64,000 bases of DNA from positions 211,110,001 through 211,174,000 of the forward strand of contig OZ024742.1 in NCBI GenBank assembly GCA_964016885.1. Direction: 5' to 3'. Origin of the DNA: Eledone cirrhosa. Lineage: Eukaryota. Position numbers and translations under genes: made by a program. Under the pieces are notes generated by a model, which saw only the letters and a list, made by a program, of their open reading frames with translations, did not search any database and was not told where the DNA came from. This document shows positions 38,135 through 52,349 of the stretch, one piece after another; position 1 is the first letter of the stretch, and each line of letters starts with the position of its first letter.

Positions 38135-41100
38135 CAACTGCTGGCAAGAGCAACTCTTCCCTTAAACTGCTGGCAAGAGCAATTCTGCCCTTAAACTGTT
38201 GGCGAGAGCAACTCTGCTCTTAAACAACTGGCGAGAGCAACTTAGCCTTTAAACTGCTGGAGAGAGCAACTCAGCCTTTAAACTGCTGGAGAGAGCAATT
38301 CTGCCCTTAAACTGTTGGCGAGAGCAACTTAGCCTTTAAACTGCTGGCAAGAGCAACTCAGCCTTTAAACTGCTCGCAAGAGCAACTCTTCCCTTAAACT
38401 GCTGGCAAGAGCAATTCTGCCCTTAAACTGTTGGCGAGAGCAACTCTGCTCTTAAACTACTGGCGAGAGCAACTTAGCCTTTAAACTGCTGGAGAGAGCA
38501 ACTCAGTCTTTAAACTGCTGGCAAGAGCAACTCAGCCTTTAAACTGCTGGAGAGAGCAACTCAGCCTTTAAACTGCTGGAGAGAGCAACTCAGCAATTAA
38601 ACTGCTGGCAAGAGCAACTTAGCCCTTAAACTGCTGGCAAGAGCAACTCAGCCCTGAAACTACTGGAGAGAGCAACTCAGCCTTTAAACTGCTGGAGAGA
38701 GCAACTCAGCCTTTAAACTGCTGGAGAGAGCAACTCAGCCTTTAAACTGCTGGAGAGAGCAACTCAGCCCTTAAACTGCTGGAGAGAGCAACTCAGCCTT
38801 TAAACTGCTGGAGAGAGCAACTCAGCCTTTAAACTGCTGGAGAGAGCAACTCAGCCTTTAAACTGCTGGAGAGAGCAACTCAGCCTTTAAACTGCTGGAG
38901 AGAGCAACTCAGCCTTTAAACTGCTGGAGAGAGCAACTCAGCCTTTAAACTGCTGGGGAGAGCAACTCAGCCTTTAAACTGCTGGAGAGAGCAACTCAGC
39001 CCTTAAACAGCTGGAGAGAGCAACTCAGCCTTTAAACAGCTGGCAAGAGCAACTCAGCCTTTAAACTGCTGGAGAGAGCAACTCAGCCTTTAAACTGCTG
39101 GAGAGAGCAACTCAGCCCTTAAACAGCTGGAGAGAGCAACTCAGCCTTTAAACTGCTGGCAAGAGCAACTTAGCCCTTAAACTGCTGGCAAGAGCAACTC
39201 AGCCTTTAAATTGCTGGCAAGAGCAACTCAGCAATTAAACTGCTGGCAAGAGCAACTCAGCCTTTAAATTGCTGGCAAGAGCAACTCAGCAATTAAACTG
39301 CTGGAGAGAGCAACTCAGCCCTTAAACAGCTGGAGAGAGCAACTCAGCCTTTAAACTGCTGGCAAGAGCAACTTAGCCCTTAAACTGCTGGCAAGAGCAA
39401 CTCAGCCTTTAAACTGCTGGCAAGAGCAACTTAGCCCTTAAACTGCTGGCAAGAGCAACTCAGCCTTTAAATTGCTGGCAAGAGCAACTCAGCAATTAAA
39501 CTGCTGGAGAGAGCAACTCAGCCTTTAAACTGCTGGAGAGAGCAACTTAGCCTTTAAATTGCTGGCAAGAGCAACTCAGCAATTAAACTGCTGGGGAGAG
39601 CAACTCAGCCTTTAAACTGCTGGAGAGAGCAACTCAGCCCTTAAACTGCTGGCAAGAGCAACTCAGCCTTTAAACTGCTGGAGAGAGCAACTCAGCCTTT
39701 AAACTGCTGGCAAGAGCAACTCAGCAATTAAACTGCTAGAGAGAGCAACTCAGCCTTTAAACTGCTGGGGAGAGCAACTCAGCCTTTAAACTGCTGGAGA
39801 GAGCAACTCAGCCTTTAAACTGCTAGAGAGAGCAACTCAGCCTTTAAACTGCTGGGGAGAGCAACTCAGCCTTTAAACTGCTGGAGAGAGCAACTCAGCC
39901 TTTAAACTGCTGGGGAGAGCAACTCAGCCTTTAAACTGCTGGAGAGAGCAACTCAGCAATTAAACTGCTAGAGAGAGCAACTCAGCCATTAAACTGCTGG
40001 AGAGAGCAACTCAGCCTTTAAACTGCTGGGGAGAGCAACTCAGCCTTTAAACTGCTGGAGAGAGCAACTCAGCCTTTAAACTGCTGGAGAGAGCAACTTA
40101 GCCTTTAAACTGCTGGAGAGAGCAACTCAGCCTTTAAACTGCTGGAGAGAGCAACTCAGCAATTAAACTGCTGGGGAGAGCAACTCAGCCTTTAAACTGC
40201 TGGAGAGAGCAACTCAACCTTTAAACTGCTGGGGAGAGCAACTCAGCCTTTAAACTGCTGGAGAGAGCAACTCAGCCTTTAAACTGCTGGAGAGAGCAAC
40301 CCACCCTTTAAACTGCTGGCAAGAGCAACTCAGCCTTTAAACTGCTAGAGAGAGCAACTCAGCCTTTAAACTGCTGGAGAGAGCAACTCAACCTTTAAAC
40401 TGCTGGCAAGAGCAACTCAGCCTTTAAACTGCTGGAGAGAGCAACTTAGCCTTTAAACTGCTGGAGAGAGGAACTCAGCCTTTAAACTGCTGGAGAGAGC
40501 AACTCAGCCTTTAAATTGCTGGCAAGAGCAACTCAGCAATTAAACTGCTGGGGAGAGCAACTCAGCCTTTAAACTGCTGGCAAGTGCAACTCAGCCTTTA
40601 AACTGCTGGAGAGAGCAACTCAGCCTTTAAACTGCTGGGGAGAGCAACTCAGCCTTTAAACTGCTGGCAAGAGCAACTCAGCCTTTAAACTGCTGGCAAG
40701 AGCAACTCAGCCATTAAACTGCTGGAGAGAGCAACTCAGCCTTTAAACTGCTGGGGAGAGCAACTCAGCCTTTAAACTGCTGGAGAGAGCAACTTAGCCT
40801 TTAAACTGCTGGGGAGAGCAACTCAGCCTTTAAACTGCTGGCAAGAGCAACTCAGCCTTTAAACTGCTGGGGAGAGCAACTCAGCCTTTAAACTGCTGGA
40901 GAGAGCAACTCAGCCTTTAAACTGCTGGAGAGAGCAACTTAGCCTTTAAACTGCTGGGGAGAGCAACTCAGCCTTTAAACTGCTGGCAAGAGCAACTCAG
41001 CCTTTAAACTGCTGGGGAGAGCAACTCAGCCTTTAAACTGCTGGGGAGAGCAACTCAGCCTTTAAATTGCTGGAGAGAGCAACTTAGCCTTTAAACTGCT

Positions 41101-42803
41101 GGAGAGAGCAACTCAGCCTTTAAACTGCTGGAGAGAGCAACTCAACCTTTAAACTGCTGGAGAGAGCAACTTAGCCTTTAAACTGCTGGGGAGAGCAACT
41201 CAACCTTTAAACTGCTGGAGAGAGCAACTCAGCCTTTAAACTGCTGGCAAGAGCAACTCAGCAATTAAACTGCTGGGGAGAGCAACTCAGCCTTTAAACT
41301 GCTGGCAAGAGCAACTCAGCCTTTAAATTGCTGGCAAGAGCAACTCAGCCTTTAAACTGCTGGAGAGAGCAACTCAGCCTTTAAACTGCTGGCAAGAGCA
41401 ACTCAGCAATTAAACTGCTGGAGAGAGCAACTCAGCCTTTAAACTGCTGGAGAGAGCAACTCAGCCTTTAAACTGCTGGAGAGAGCAACTCAGCCTTTAA
41501 ACTGCTGGAGAGAGCAACTCAACCTTTAAACTGCTGGCAAGAGCAACTCAGCAATTAAACTGCTGGAGAGAGCAACTCAGCCTTTAAACTGCTGGAGAGA
41601 GCAACTCAGCCTTTAAACTGCTGGAGAGAGCAACTCAGCCTTTAAACTGCTGGAGAGAGCAACTCAGCAATTAAACTGCTGGCAAGAGCAACTCAGCCCT
41701 TAAACTGCTGGAGAGAGCAACTCAGCCTTTAAACTGCTGGGGAGAGCAACTCAGCCTTTAAACTGCTGGAGAGAGCAACTTAGCCCTTAAACTGCTGGAG
41801 AGAGCAATTCAGCCTTTAAACTGCTGGCAAGAGCAACTTAGCCCTTAAACTGCTGGAGAGAGCAACTCAGCCTTTAAACTGCTGGGGAGAGCAACTCAAC
41901 CTTTAAACTGCTGGAGAGAGCAACTTAGCCTTTAAACTGCTGGGGAGAGCAATTCAGCCTTTAAACTGCTGGCAAGAGCAACTTAGCCTTTAAACTGCTG
42001 GCAAGAGCAACTTAGCCTTTAAACTGCTGGGGAGAGCAACTCAGCCTTTAAACTGCTGGGGAGAGCAACTCAGCCTTTAAACTGCTGGAGAGAGCAACTT
42101 AGCCTTTAAACTGCTGGAGAGAGCAACTCAGCCCTTAAACTGCTGGAGAGAGCAACTCAGCCTTTAAACTGCTGGCAAGAGCAACTCAACCTTTAAACTG
42201 CTGGAGAGAGCAACTCAGCCTTTAAACTGCTGGGGAGAGCAACTCAGCCTTTAAACTGCTGGAGAGAGCAACTCAGCCTTTAAACTGCTGGAGAGAGCAA
42301 CTCAGCCTTTAAACTGCTGGAGAGAGCAACTCAGCCTTTAAACTGCTGGCAAGAGCAACTCAGCCTTTAAACTGCTGGAGAGAGCAACTCAGCCTTTAAA
42401 CTGCTGGCAAGAGCAACTTAGCCTTTAAACTGCTGGAGAGAGCAACTCAGCCCTTAAACTGCTGGAGAGAGCAACTCAGCCTTTAAACTGCTGGAGAGAG
42501 CAACTCAACCTTTAAACTGCTGGCAAGAGCAACTCAGCCTTTAAACTGCTGGCAAGAGCAACTCAGCCCTTAAACTGCTGGAGAGAGCAACTCAGCCTTT
42601 AAACTGCTGGAGAGAGCAACTCAACCTTTAAACTGCTGGCAAGAGCAACTCAGCCTTTAAACTGCTGGCAAGAGCAACTCAGCCTTTAAACTGCTGGCAA
42701 GAGCAACTTAGCCTTTAAACTGCTGAAGAGAGCAACTCAACCTTTAAACTGCTGGCAAGAGCAACTTAGCCTTTAAACTGCTGGAGAGAGCAACTCAGCC
42801 TTT
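38135..42803 (+). repeat. 29-bp tandem array (about 160 copies) inside a SINE
   Basis: Consensus taaactgctggagagagcaactcagcctt; contiguous, with no spacers. Confidence 0.97.
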
Positions 42804-43346
42804 CATCTTTTCAAAATTGATAAAATAAAATACCAGCCAAGGTTGGTGGATTGGTGGAATTGTTAAAGCATTGAATAAGATGCCTGGTGGTATATGTTCT
42901 GGCTTTTTGCAGAACATATATCACAAGTTCTTAGATTTGTACACTTAATTAATTGCTTAATATAACACCACTACCTGGCCTTTGGGTGCCTTTAGAAGAA
43001 TTAATTCATCATAATTCACCATCATTATTTTACATCCGTTGTTTCATGCTTGCATGGGCTGGATGGCTCCTTCTCAGTACAGCATCTCTCCACTTATTGT
43101 GTTTTTTTGTCATCTACTCTGTGAGCCTTTAACAATCTGGGATCAGCACTCACCACTTCCATCCAGGTCTTCTACAAAAGTTGGCGCAAAGTTTCTGATT
43201 GGAGTATAAATTTATCCCTTCCTTCTATGTGTTTCAGTTGTCCTGAAAAAATATACGGTCATAGATGCTGCCCTTCCCTCTTTGAATAAAAAGAAAATAC
43301 TGCAGAAATCAATGTCTTAACTTGAAATATTTAGTAAGCTACCTAC

Positions 43347-43473
43347 CTGGAGAACCTTCATTATCATCTGTAATCTTCAAGTAGAACATAACTTTAGTTG
43401 GACGAGCATAACCAAGTGTATGGAGAGAGGAGACATACTCATTTAGTTTCTTAAGGGATTCTTCATTAGTAGA
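43347..43473 (-). CDS. TCAIM: TCAIM coding exon 3
   Basis: tttttacag|STNEESLKKLNEYVSSLHTLGYARPTKVMFYLKITDDNEGSP(G)|gtaggt; phase 0 joins exon 2; resembles the TCAIM segment NENSLKRL...PTQLTFY. Confidence 0.88.
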
Positions 43474-44529
43474 CTGTAAAAATAAAAAAACAATAAATAA
43501 ATAAAACATTGTTTTAGAAATTAAAGAAACTATGAAAATAGTTATATGGATCACATATGTTCTAGTAAGCTCTGACTCAATAGATCATATTCTCTTATTG
43601 AAAAATTATTTTTAAGAGCAAAATGTCCAAAGAAGTATTGATGATAACTATTAATAGCACCTATTTTAAAATTTACATTCACTTTACCCATGGCACAAAT
43701 TATTATTTTTTCATGTTATTTTTTTCTACACGATAAACACACCCAGTACATGCTGTAAAGTGGTTGGTGTTAAGAAGGGCAACCAGCTGTAGAAAACGTG
43801 CCAAACAAAAGGTTGGGAGAACCCTTCAGTTGTGTCAAAGAGATGACAACCACTCTGCTGGTGCCATGATAAAACACGGGACCATATATGGGTGGAATGC
43901 GCATACACAATTTGCAGCCAGAGCATAAAAAAAATTAAAGTTTGCACAAAAGGTTAGCTGTCTAAAATAATGTAATAATTAAAAATAATCTCTTAGCTGT
44001 TTCTGTTAACTAGCTAGTGGATTTTTCAAATAACAAATTTGCACAATCATTAATTTACATCACCTTACCTCTCCTGTTCCAGTTTGTACAACTGCAGCCA
44101 TGTTTGGACACAGTTCATATCATAAAGTAGGAAAGGGTCTGTTTCAAATTCTGAAGATAGCTTACTTATTTTTTTTTATTGGAAAAAATATATTGATTCA
44201 CTCTGAGGAATTCAAAAGAAGTGAAATATGTGAAAATGAACTGCAAGTCTGTTTTAAAGTTGAATGGCTTAACAAAAGGGTAGAAAATGATACATGAGGT
44301 CATGAACATTCAGCTGTAAGAGTATTTTTGTATGATTTAGAAACTGGAGCTATCTGTTTTGAGGATATGAAAGTTGCTAGGGAATCTGATAGTAGAAAGA
44401 AATAGAGTGATACTTAGAAACAATATTTTTCAGCATCATTTGGCAAATAAATCACATTTGGATAGTGTACAAAAAGTTCAGACAACAAAACTCAATATTA
44501 CCCATATATATAGTATGCACCACCCCACC

Positions 44530-44840
44530 CCACCCTCCCATGAGGACAGGCTGAAGCATACATTCAGTGAAGCACCCAGTCCACACTGTAAAGTGGTCAT
44601 GTAGGTGTTGCAACAAAAAGCACCCAGTCCACACTGTAAAGTGGTCGTGTAGGTGACAACAAAAAGTACTCATTGTAAATGAGGTTGGCATTAGGAAAGG
44701 CATCCAGCTGTAGGAACCAAGCCAAAATCAGTTCTGTATGAGCAAGACATGGTCACCTAACCTGGCATTGCTCACAACAGGACAACTTGTCTAACCCATG
44801 CTAGCATGGAAAAATGGATGTTAAACGGTGATGATGATGT
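44530..44840 (+). mobile_element. RTE-tail SINE/LINE 3' fragment
   Basis: gcacccagtccacactgtaaagtggt duplicated; ends in (GAT)n. Confidence 0.7.
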
Positions 44841-44934
44841 TAGGATTGTTATGCAGATGAGTGAGAACAAACACAAGGCTCTAAGTTCTTATTGCCACCA
44901 TGTTGACTGTTAATTCAAAGCATTATCAAACATA

Positions 44935-45801
44935 TCTATATATATAAAGTTGTAGTTCCTGTCTGTTTGTTTGTTTGTTCACAAACTCCGCCTATGGTTT
45001 TGGAGATAGACCCCCATAACCATATATATTATGAAACTACATTGCCCAGGGTACTTGGATAAGTATATTTCATTTTAATCAAAGGGTTCCCGGGGGCACA
45101 AACCCCCGCTGAAAATCTTTTCCCTTAGATTTATATGAAATTGAAACCATAGGTAAATGACAAGATATGATGCCTATTCACAACATTTCAGCAAATTTCA
45201 ATACTATTAAGACACCCTAATGGGGGTTAAACACCCTATAGTGAAAATTTTGGCCAATAAATGGAACAATATGTGTTGTAACAAGATTGCATGAGAACTT
45301 GATTGAAGCAACCATTATATTCGGGGTTTACAAAGGTCAAGCTCTTCTCATTCCAAGGATTCCACTTATACCAAGTGATAGCAAGTTGCCTTTTACATTT
45401 AAGAGGCTGCAGTTCCCATGAGCATCATTAAGAGTCAAGGTCAAACTTTTAAAACTATTGATATAGATCTGACAAACCCATGTTTCAGTCATGGCATGTT
45501 TTATGTGGCTGATTCAAGGACTGGAACTTAAAAAAACTCTACATTTTAGCCAATCAAAGAAAGACAAGAAATGTTGTTTACTCTGAAGTTCTTCATTAGA
45601 GCAAAGTATGAAATATATTTTTATGTATTTATTATGTTAAAAAATAATGTTTTCCAATTTTTCAGGCATTACATTTTACATTGAGTAACATTGAAATGCA
45701 GAGTTTTTCTCCATAAATTATATCACTGATTTAAAATCAATTATCATTTTCTTATAAAAAAACATGTGTGAAACACAGAAAGGCGTGGGTAATTCGGCTA
45801 G
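44935..45801 (+). mobile_element. Non-autonomous canonical Helitron with a helicase C-terminal remnant
   Basis: A|TCTATATATATAAA start, CTAG|T end; KRLQFP, KSQGQT, PCFSHGMFYVA.SR, TRNVVYSEVL. Confidence 0.85.
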
Positions 45802-46114
45802 TGATAAAATATATTCAACCAAGGAAGCAAAAATTGTATGTTTGAATTTCTATAGACAATCAACTATACTGTTCAGAAAGATATGTTTAAAGAAATAGGA
45901 TCAACAAATTTTCACACATTAGCACATAATCAAATTATAGACCTATAGACAATAAATGTCTCATTCTGTAGATTTAAAGATTGAACTGTGTATAAAACGA
46001 TATTAGCAGCTACACACATATAATACTTTTTCTATTGTTTAAGTGATCAATCAGTTTTATGAATAGAAGAAATTTGTACTCCACAAAGGAGTGATGTTTA
46101 TGCTTTATAGGCTA

Positions 46115-46734
46115 CTAGCAGTGGTACCCAGTGTTGCACAGGATAAGGTATTTTGGAACGTGGGCCACCAACAGACCTAATCGTGGAAAAACTGCATGCC
46201 TGGACAATATGTAAAGAAAATAAACCGAATACTCTGATGGCTGGATAATCTAAGATTTTCCTCACTGAAGCAGGAAAAATGCAGGTTTTCACCTAATGTG
46301 GGCCCTAGAGGATCAAGAAAATGAATTTTTTTATGAGCATAATATGCCTTGAAATTTCGGGAAAATCGGCTAGACGTAACGCCTCAAAAAAGCCCTACAA
46401 AGCTGAAAAAATGAAGTTTTTCACCTAATGCGGGCCCTAGAGCATAAAAAAGTTGGATTTTCTTTGCTCACGGTATGAAGAAGAGACTGACTAATACATA
46501 GTTACAATTTCAAGGAAATCGGTGTGGCGTAACGCCTCAAAAAACCCCTAAAAAGCTGAAAAAAATGCAGTTTTTTACCTAATGGGATCAAAAAGTTGAA
46601 TTTTTTATGTGCATAACACTGCCTGAAACATAAGTAATACACATGTAAAGTTTGAAAAAAATTGGTTACCTACTTCTCGAGTTTTAGGGATTCAAACTCA
46701 CAGACACACACACAGACATCCTCAGTTTTATAGA
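46115..46734 (-). mobile_element. Non-autonomous Helitron
   Basis: Minus strand A|TCTATAAAAC start, degenerate hairpin, CTAG|T end; internal duplicated block of about 150 bp. Confidence 0.7.
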
Positions 46735-46889
46735 TTAGTAATGCTGAACAGATTTAATGGTGTCACTTCAAGACAGAAACAAAACATTTCACATTTCACT
46801 TAACAACACTATTTAGCACACATTGAAGATCTGGAGAGTTGTGATTTATGGAAAAAATTAATGGTTTCTGATTTAGGCACAAGGCCAAA

Positions 46890-47870
46890 TTAATAAGAGG
46901 CATTGAAATATTGATGAGAGCAATCTATATGTTTTCTCAAATTTTAAAAAATTGCAAAGGCCTCTAAAAATAAAGCTGTTGCTTTCAAACCAGTTAATGA
47001 AGTCAAATCATTATCTAGACACTTTGCATTATAGGTACTGTAAGAAATTATAAGGCATTCATCACATACTTTGAAGAAAATAAGTCAATTGCTGTCTCAA
47101 GAAATTAATAAACATCTCATTACAAAGTAGCTTTACATGTCTTAGGTGATGTCTTTGAAGAACTAGTTGCACTGTACAAAATTCTACAAAAGAGTAACCT
47201 CATAACGATTGATTCACTTCCTTTTGCATGAGACACAATTGACAACATAAGAAAGCAATATCTGAGGGATAATATTTCGTGGAGTGCCAACAATATGATG
47301 AAAATGTATCAGTAAAGACAAGTTAGATTTTGACTTTTATAAATCATCTTTGTGTTCATTTAGAAAAAAATGTTTCCTGGAGATGAAGTAGAATAATGGT
47401 CAACTTTTAATTTCTCTGTAATAAATAAGGGAAATTTTTATTCACTGTTGTATAAAAAGAAACATAATAATACAATGCTTTGTATCTGACTTGACATTTA
47501 GCAATAAATATATTAAAAAGTATCACGATTTTCCAACTGAAAATACTTCAAATTTCCAATGTAATAAAAAATGTAATTCAAAGTTATTTCAAACTTTGCT
47601 GAAACAATGGCATTTGTTCTTCCAAATAAAGAATTTTTTGTCCTTGCAAAGTTCATAGATATTGAGAGAACACTTCTTACATCTGGTGCAGACTGCAAAC
47701 AAGGTTTTTGCTTAATGAAACAACTCAAAATCAAGTTGAGAAACCAATTAGTTAAATATCACTTAGGTATGTTAATGAAATCAAAAGCTACCAATTGGAT
47801 GAACATTCTATTAGTACAAATAAAGTTTATAAAGAATGGGTAAATTCTTCCAAAGAAAGGAGAGAGAAAG
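46890..47870 (+). pseudogene. Decayed hAT transposase (ZNF862-like C-terminus)
   Basis: TSGADCKQGFCLMKQLKIKLRNQL resembles the hAT dimerization motif SSADCERGFS.M..IK.KLRN.L. Confidence 0.65.
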
Positions 47871-48224
47871 GTAACTGAGTGACAAGTATGTATGCTATTT
47901 TATGTCAAATATTTTGTGAACCCATATAAACTGATTTATGTGTTAAGATCTTCACATTAAACATCTGGATAATTTCTTAACTAGCTTTGTACTTGAATGA
48001 GTTTTGATTTAACAATTTCCAGCAACTTTAATAATAATAACTAGTGAATTAATGCATGTTATTGTTATTAATGTATTTTGACACTGCATCACATGTAAAT
48101 AAAAAGTAGTCAATGATGTTTCATTTAATGGAAAAACAAACCAAAGTAATTCAAAATATACTACAGAGTTTTAACTAAATGCATTACTTCATAGAATGTA
48201 ATTATACGTGTATTATATTAAAAT

Positions 48225-48440
48225 AGGAGGGCAGTGGGTTAGCAATGTCATTAGCGCTTTGGACATACACTTAGCAGTATTTGTTCTGACTATTTATGCT
48301 GAATTCAAATCCTGCCTAGGCCAACTTTGCCTTTCATCCTTCTGGGGTCAATAAAATAAAGTACCTGTAAAGTACTGGGGCGATTTAATTGACTTTCCTT
48401 TGCCCCCAAATTGCAGGCTTTGTGCCTGAATCAAAAACCC
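48225..48440 (+). mobile_element. Meta-domain SINE
   Basis: ttcaaatcc B box, then gcctttcatccttctggggtcaataaaataaagtacc. Confidence 0.75.
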
Positions 48441-48771
48441 TTACATTAGAATAAGGCGAATAAGAAAACGCCATCAACTTAACTAACAAAACCCCTTTTT
48501 TAAAGGATGCATATCAAAATATTTTAAGAAACTTTATCAAAAAGAAACTTATTGAAACTTAAAAAAAATATTTTGTTTTATTTCAATAAATATTTATAAA
48601 AATGCAATAAGATACCATTAGTGCAAGAGTGAAGGTTTTGTTGATTGGCTTCATTAAAACATACCAACCTTTTATTACTTTATTAGCCATGTGAGACAGG
48701 TTGCCTCAATGTTATCTTTAAATAATTTGAAGTTTACATTTGCAGAAGCATTCAGTTCACACATACTTTAA

Positions 48772-49250
48772 CCCTTTAGTATTTTAAGCGGCCGTATCCA
48801 GCCAGAATTCTGTCACCTCTTTCAGTTCAAACCAGCTGTAACCAGCCACACATACTGATGTTAAGGTATTGTTCTCAAAATAAATAATATCGTAGATTTG
48901 ATGAAAATATAATAGTAAATATAGAGTAATGTAAATACTAAAGGGTTAATCACAAGAAAAAGAAAAAAATGCACAACAAGAATTTTGGACTACAGCATAA
49001 TAGAATAATTCTAATGCACAGCTATTGTTGGTTTCATCATAACCAAGTAAAACTTCACCAGAATGAAAAAATTTCTTTGGCGAAAAACATTTAACTGTTT
49101 AGCATTTAAACCGGCCAGATTTATCTCATCTGTTTCTGTTCAAACTAGCCACTCATACTGGTGTTAAGGTATCTCAAAATAAATAATATCAAAATCTCAT
49201 AGATTCGATATTATGTGAGATAAAGCCTTTACCATGAAAATGCTAAAGAG
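48772..49250. mobile_element. Two piggyBac-type MITE copies (48772-48945 and about 49095-49250)
   Basis: TTAA-flanked CCCTTTAG/CTAAAGGG ends; internal match to 34334-34554. Confidence 0.75.
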
Positions 49251-51984
49251 TTAAACTACCAAAGATATTTACATCTCATCTTATCCTATACATTACAATA
49301 TCTTTTTTACTTTTTTATTTTTCTTCTTTTACTTATGAGTTGATTCATATAAAAAAATTAAGCTACAGTTTAACCTGGTCTATGGTAGCTTCATTGTCAT
49401 TATTTTTATACCCACTTTTCCATTTTCCATACTAGGTATGGGCTGGATGGGACTTTTTGAGGCAGTGTTTTACAACCAGATGAATTTCCTGAAGCTAACC
49501 TTTTTAGTTGCCTCTTACATCTCACAGGAATATGGTGTATTTATTCTAGAAGCAAAGATACACATGGTAACTACTTTCCAAAAATTGAAAATTATGTATA
49601 CAATTTAGTTAACAGTCTGTGTACATCCACAAAAATACAAACTGCTTCAGATCAAAAATATGAACCACTTATCACAATTTTGTTTGATAACAACTGTTTT
49701 ATACATCAACAAATTCAAAAGTTCAATGTGATTACAAAAAAGAAAGATTAGCATACTTTGGGGTCAAAGCCAAGATATGTATATGTAGTTACATTAAATT
49801 TGTATATATGTTTTGTTGGAGATCTAAACCTACCTATAATAATAATTTTATGTCTGCTTTCCATCCTAGCATAGGTTGGATAGGTTGTCATGGTCCAAGA
49901 TTAAACTGGCTAAAGAACTGTCTTCTTTATATTCCATATTTGGCATGATTTCTAAGGCTTGATGCCCTTTCTAATGAAAACCACTTTGCATATATATATG
50001 TATTGTAACCTACGAAGTATCATCCCGAACATATTTTTCCCTAACATCATTTTCTACATTGACACATTACTTTGCAATCTAGAACACTTCATGATGCTGA
50101 TTCTCACTTCATAGAATATTGGCAAACCTCTTGCTTTCAGTTTCTCTCTGTGCTAAGTAAACCTGTAGCAAAAGAAATGTTTTCCCACGGCCACCAAATG
50201 AGTGACTTATGACCTCGCAGGGAAGACAATAGATAAATTTCCCCTGTTGGTAGGATTTACAGCACCAGTTGCAGGAAGGAGAACATATTCTAGGACACAG
50301 GTTCTCAACCCAGTTAGGCCAAACGCCTAAAATTACAAAATGCCCCCTACCCTATTTTTCCATTTTTCAATATACTACTGATTTTGATATCAGTAGATTA
50401 CTAAAAAATTGATTAACAATACTCCAAAGATACCATTGCAGGCAGCTGAGAGTATAAATACATTCCTTGAAAGGAAATATATAAATTTAAAAAAAAGGAA
50501 CATAAATGTTCTTTTTTATGAATAAGGACCAGTTGAATTTGTTATATTACCACCAGGCGATACCAACTATTTTGAACATTTATACAAGAGCAACTCTGTC
50601 TATCCAATGAGTGCTCTTATCTGGAAGAAAGTGGCAATTATATCATTTCAAAGCTTTCCAATTTTCCCTTTAATGAAACGGACAGAATAAATGTTGATAT
50701 CTAACTTGATGTCCCCTCTGCTTTGTGGACTTAGAGACCACGGAAGAGGGTTTTCATGACCATGCTGGAGGGTATATTTATTAATAAATGGTAAAATATA
50801 TACAACAAATGAGTAATTGAATTGTAGTAGATGGTTTCCAGTCCAGTCAGACTGCAACTACAAATAAAAAAATTGTTAGTTTGCTTTGTTTGCATATCCA
50901 AGTTTTCAGATAAATCAACTTACTTTAACTTTGACTCATTTCAATGGGACCCTTGAGCTTCATGGAGTCTAGCTAACTCTTTGACGTGAGGCTCAATTTT
51001 CCTAAGATGTAGCCAGAGATCTCCACGTGTAATTACATTGTAGCAGTTGCGAGCCTTACTGTGCAGTCTGGAAACGGCACCAAACCTCCTCTCAACTAAG
51101 TATGAGCTTGGAAAAGGCAGAGCAAATCTCTTAGCCTCTGCATGTAGGTGTGGAAATCAACGCTGAATTTCCTCTTGCATTCCAAAAAGGGGTTCACCTA
51201 TTTTGGAAAATCTAATTTTGATCATGTCATCTGCTTGAAGTTCAATGAATTCTTCCTGAAATTTAACGTCCAAATCGTCGATGTTAGCTATGAAAGGATC
51301 TGCTATCCACATTGGGATGTCCATCGGCAAAAGGTTGACAAACCGTTCTATCATGTTGTCGTGTAGTGCACAGAGGTGAGTGGTATAAATTTGGAGTTGG
51401 TCATCACTTACAATGTTTTGAACATTGGCGACACTATGGAAATTATAGAATTCCCGTCAACAAAGATTCCTTTCGATGACATTCAATTTAGCCAGGAATG
51501 TTTTCACAGCATTCCTTGCTTTAAGCAAGGTGATCTTCTTCCCCTGCAAAGCCAAAATGACGCTATTGCATTTGTCGAAGATGTTGATAAGGTAGGCGCA
51601 GTCTTGCCTCATATCGAGGGTTTTCTTGTACAGTTCTGTGTTTGCGTCCTTGCAGAAACTCAATGATAGAGTCGAAGAGTTCAAAGAAGTGAGTATAGCA
51701 CTTGCCCTTTGAAAGCCACCTCACTTCAGTATGAAGGAGCAGCTTGACGAATTTTTCGTCATTATCTTGGCACAGTTGCCGGAAAATTCGTTCATTGAGG
51801 GAATGCCATTTGATAAAATTGATGACATCAATGGCCATCTGCAAGGACTTGCTCAGCGCCAAGTGTTGTCGATGAATGACACAATGAACAGCAAATACAG
51901 ATAGATTTTCTCTCTTCAGAAGAGTAACGAAGCCCTTATGTTGGCCGACCATTGCTCTTGCGTCGTCCGTAGCACATGATACAA

Positions 51985-52145
51985 TGTGTGTTGTATGTGG
52001 TTGTAGATGTATGTCTTACCTGCTTATGTATTGCATGTGGTCCTAGATGTGTGTGCTACCTCCTTATGTGTTGCATGTGGTCCTAGATGTGTGTGCTACC
52101 TCCTTGTGTTGCATGTGGTCCTAGATGTGTGTGCTACCCGCTTAT
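51985..52145. repeat. Minisatellite of about 39 bp (4 copies)
   Basis: tgttgcatgtggtcctagatgtgtgtgctacctccttatg. Confidence 0.85.
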
Positions 52146-52349
52146 GTTTTTTCTTTTCTTTTTTTTTATTTGTAATATTATTTATACAATAGGGAATAAA
52201 ATAGATCTACATAGTGTTAACTCATTACGGTTGAGTCAATAATTTCAGACATGAAATACATTGTTATCGGTGAAGGAAAGATAAGATTCTAACTGGCTGC
52301 GCTCAAAGTGTCCTTGACCCAGTTTTTTTTACATTTTTAAGATCTCAAT

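Noticed and set aside
38135-42803. CRISPR-like array
   Set aside because: Units are contiguous with no unique spacers, there are no cas genes, and the context is eukaryotic.
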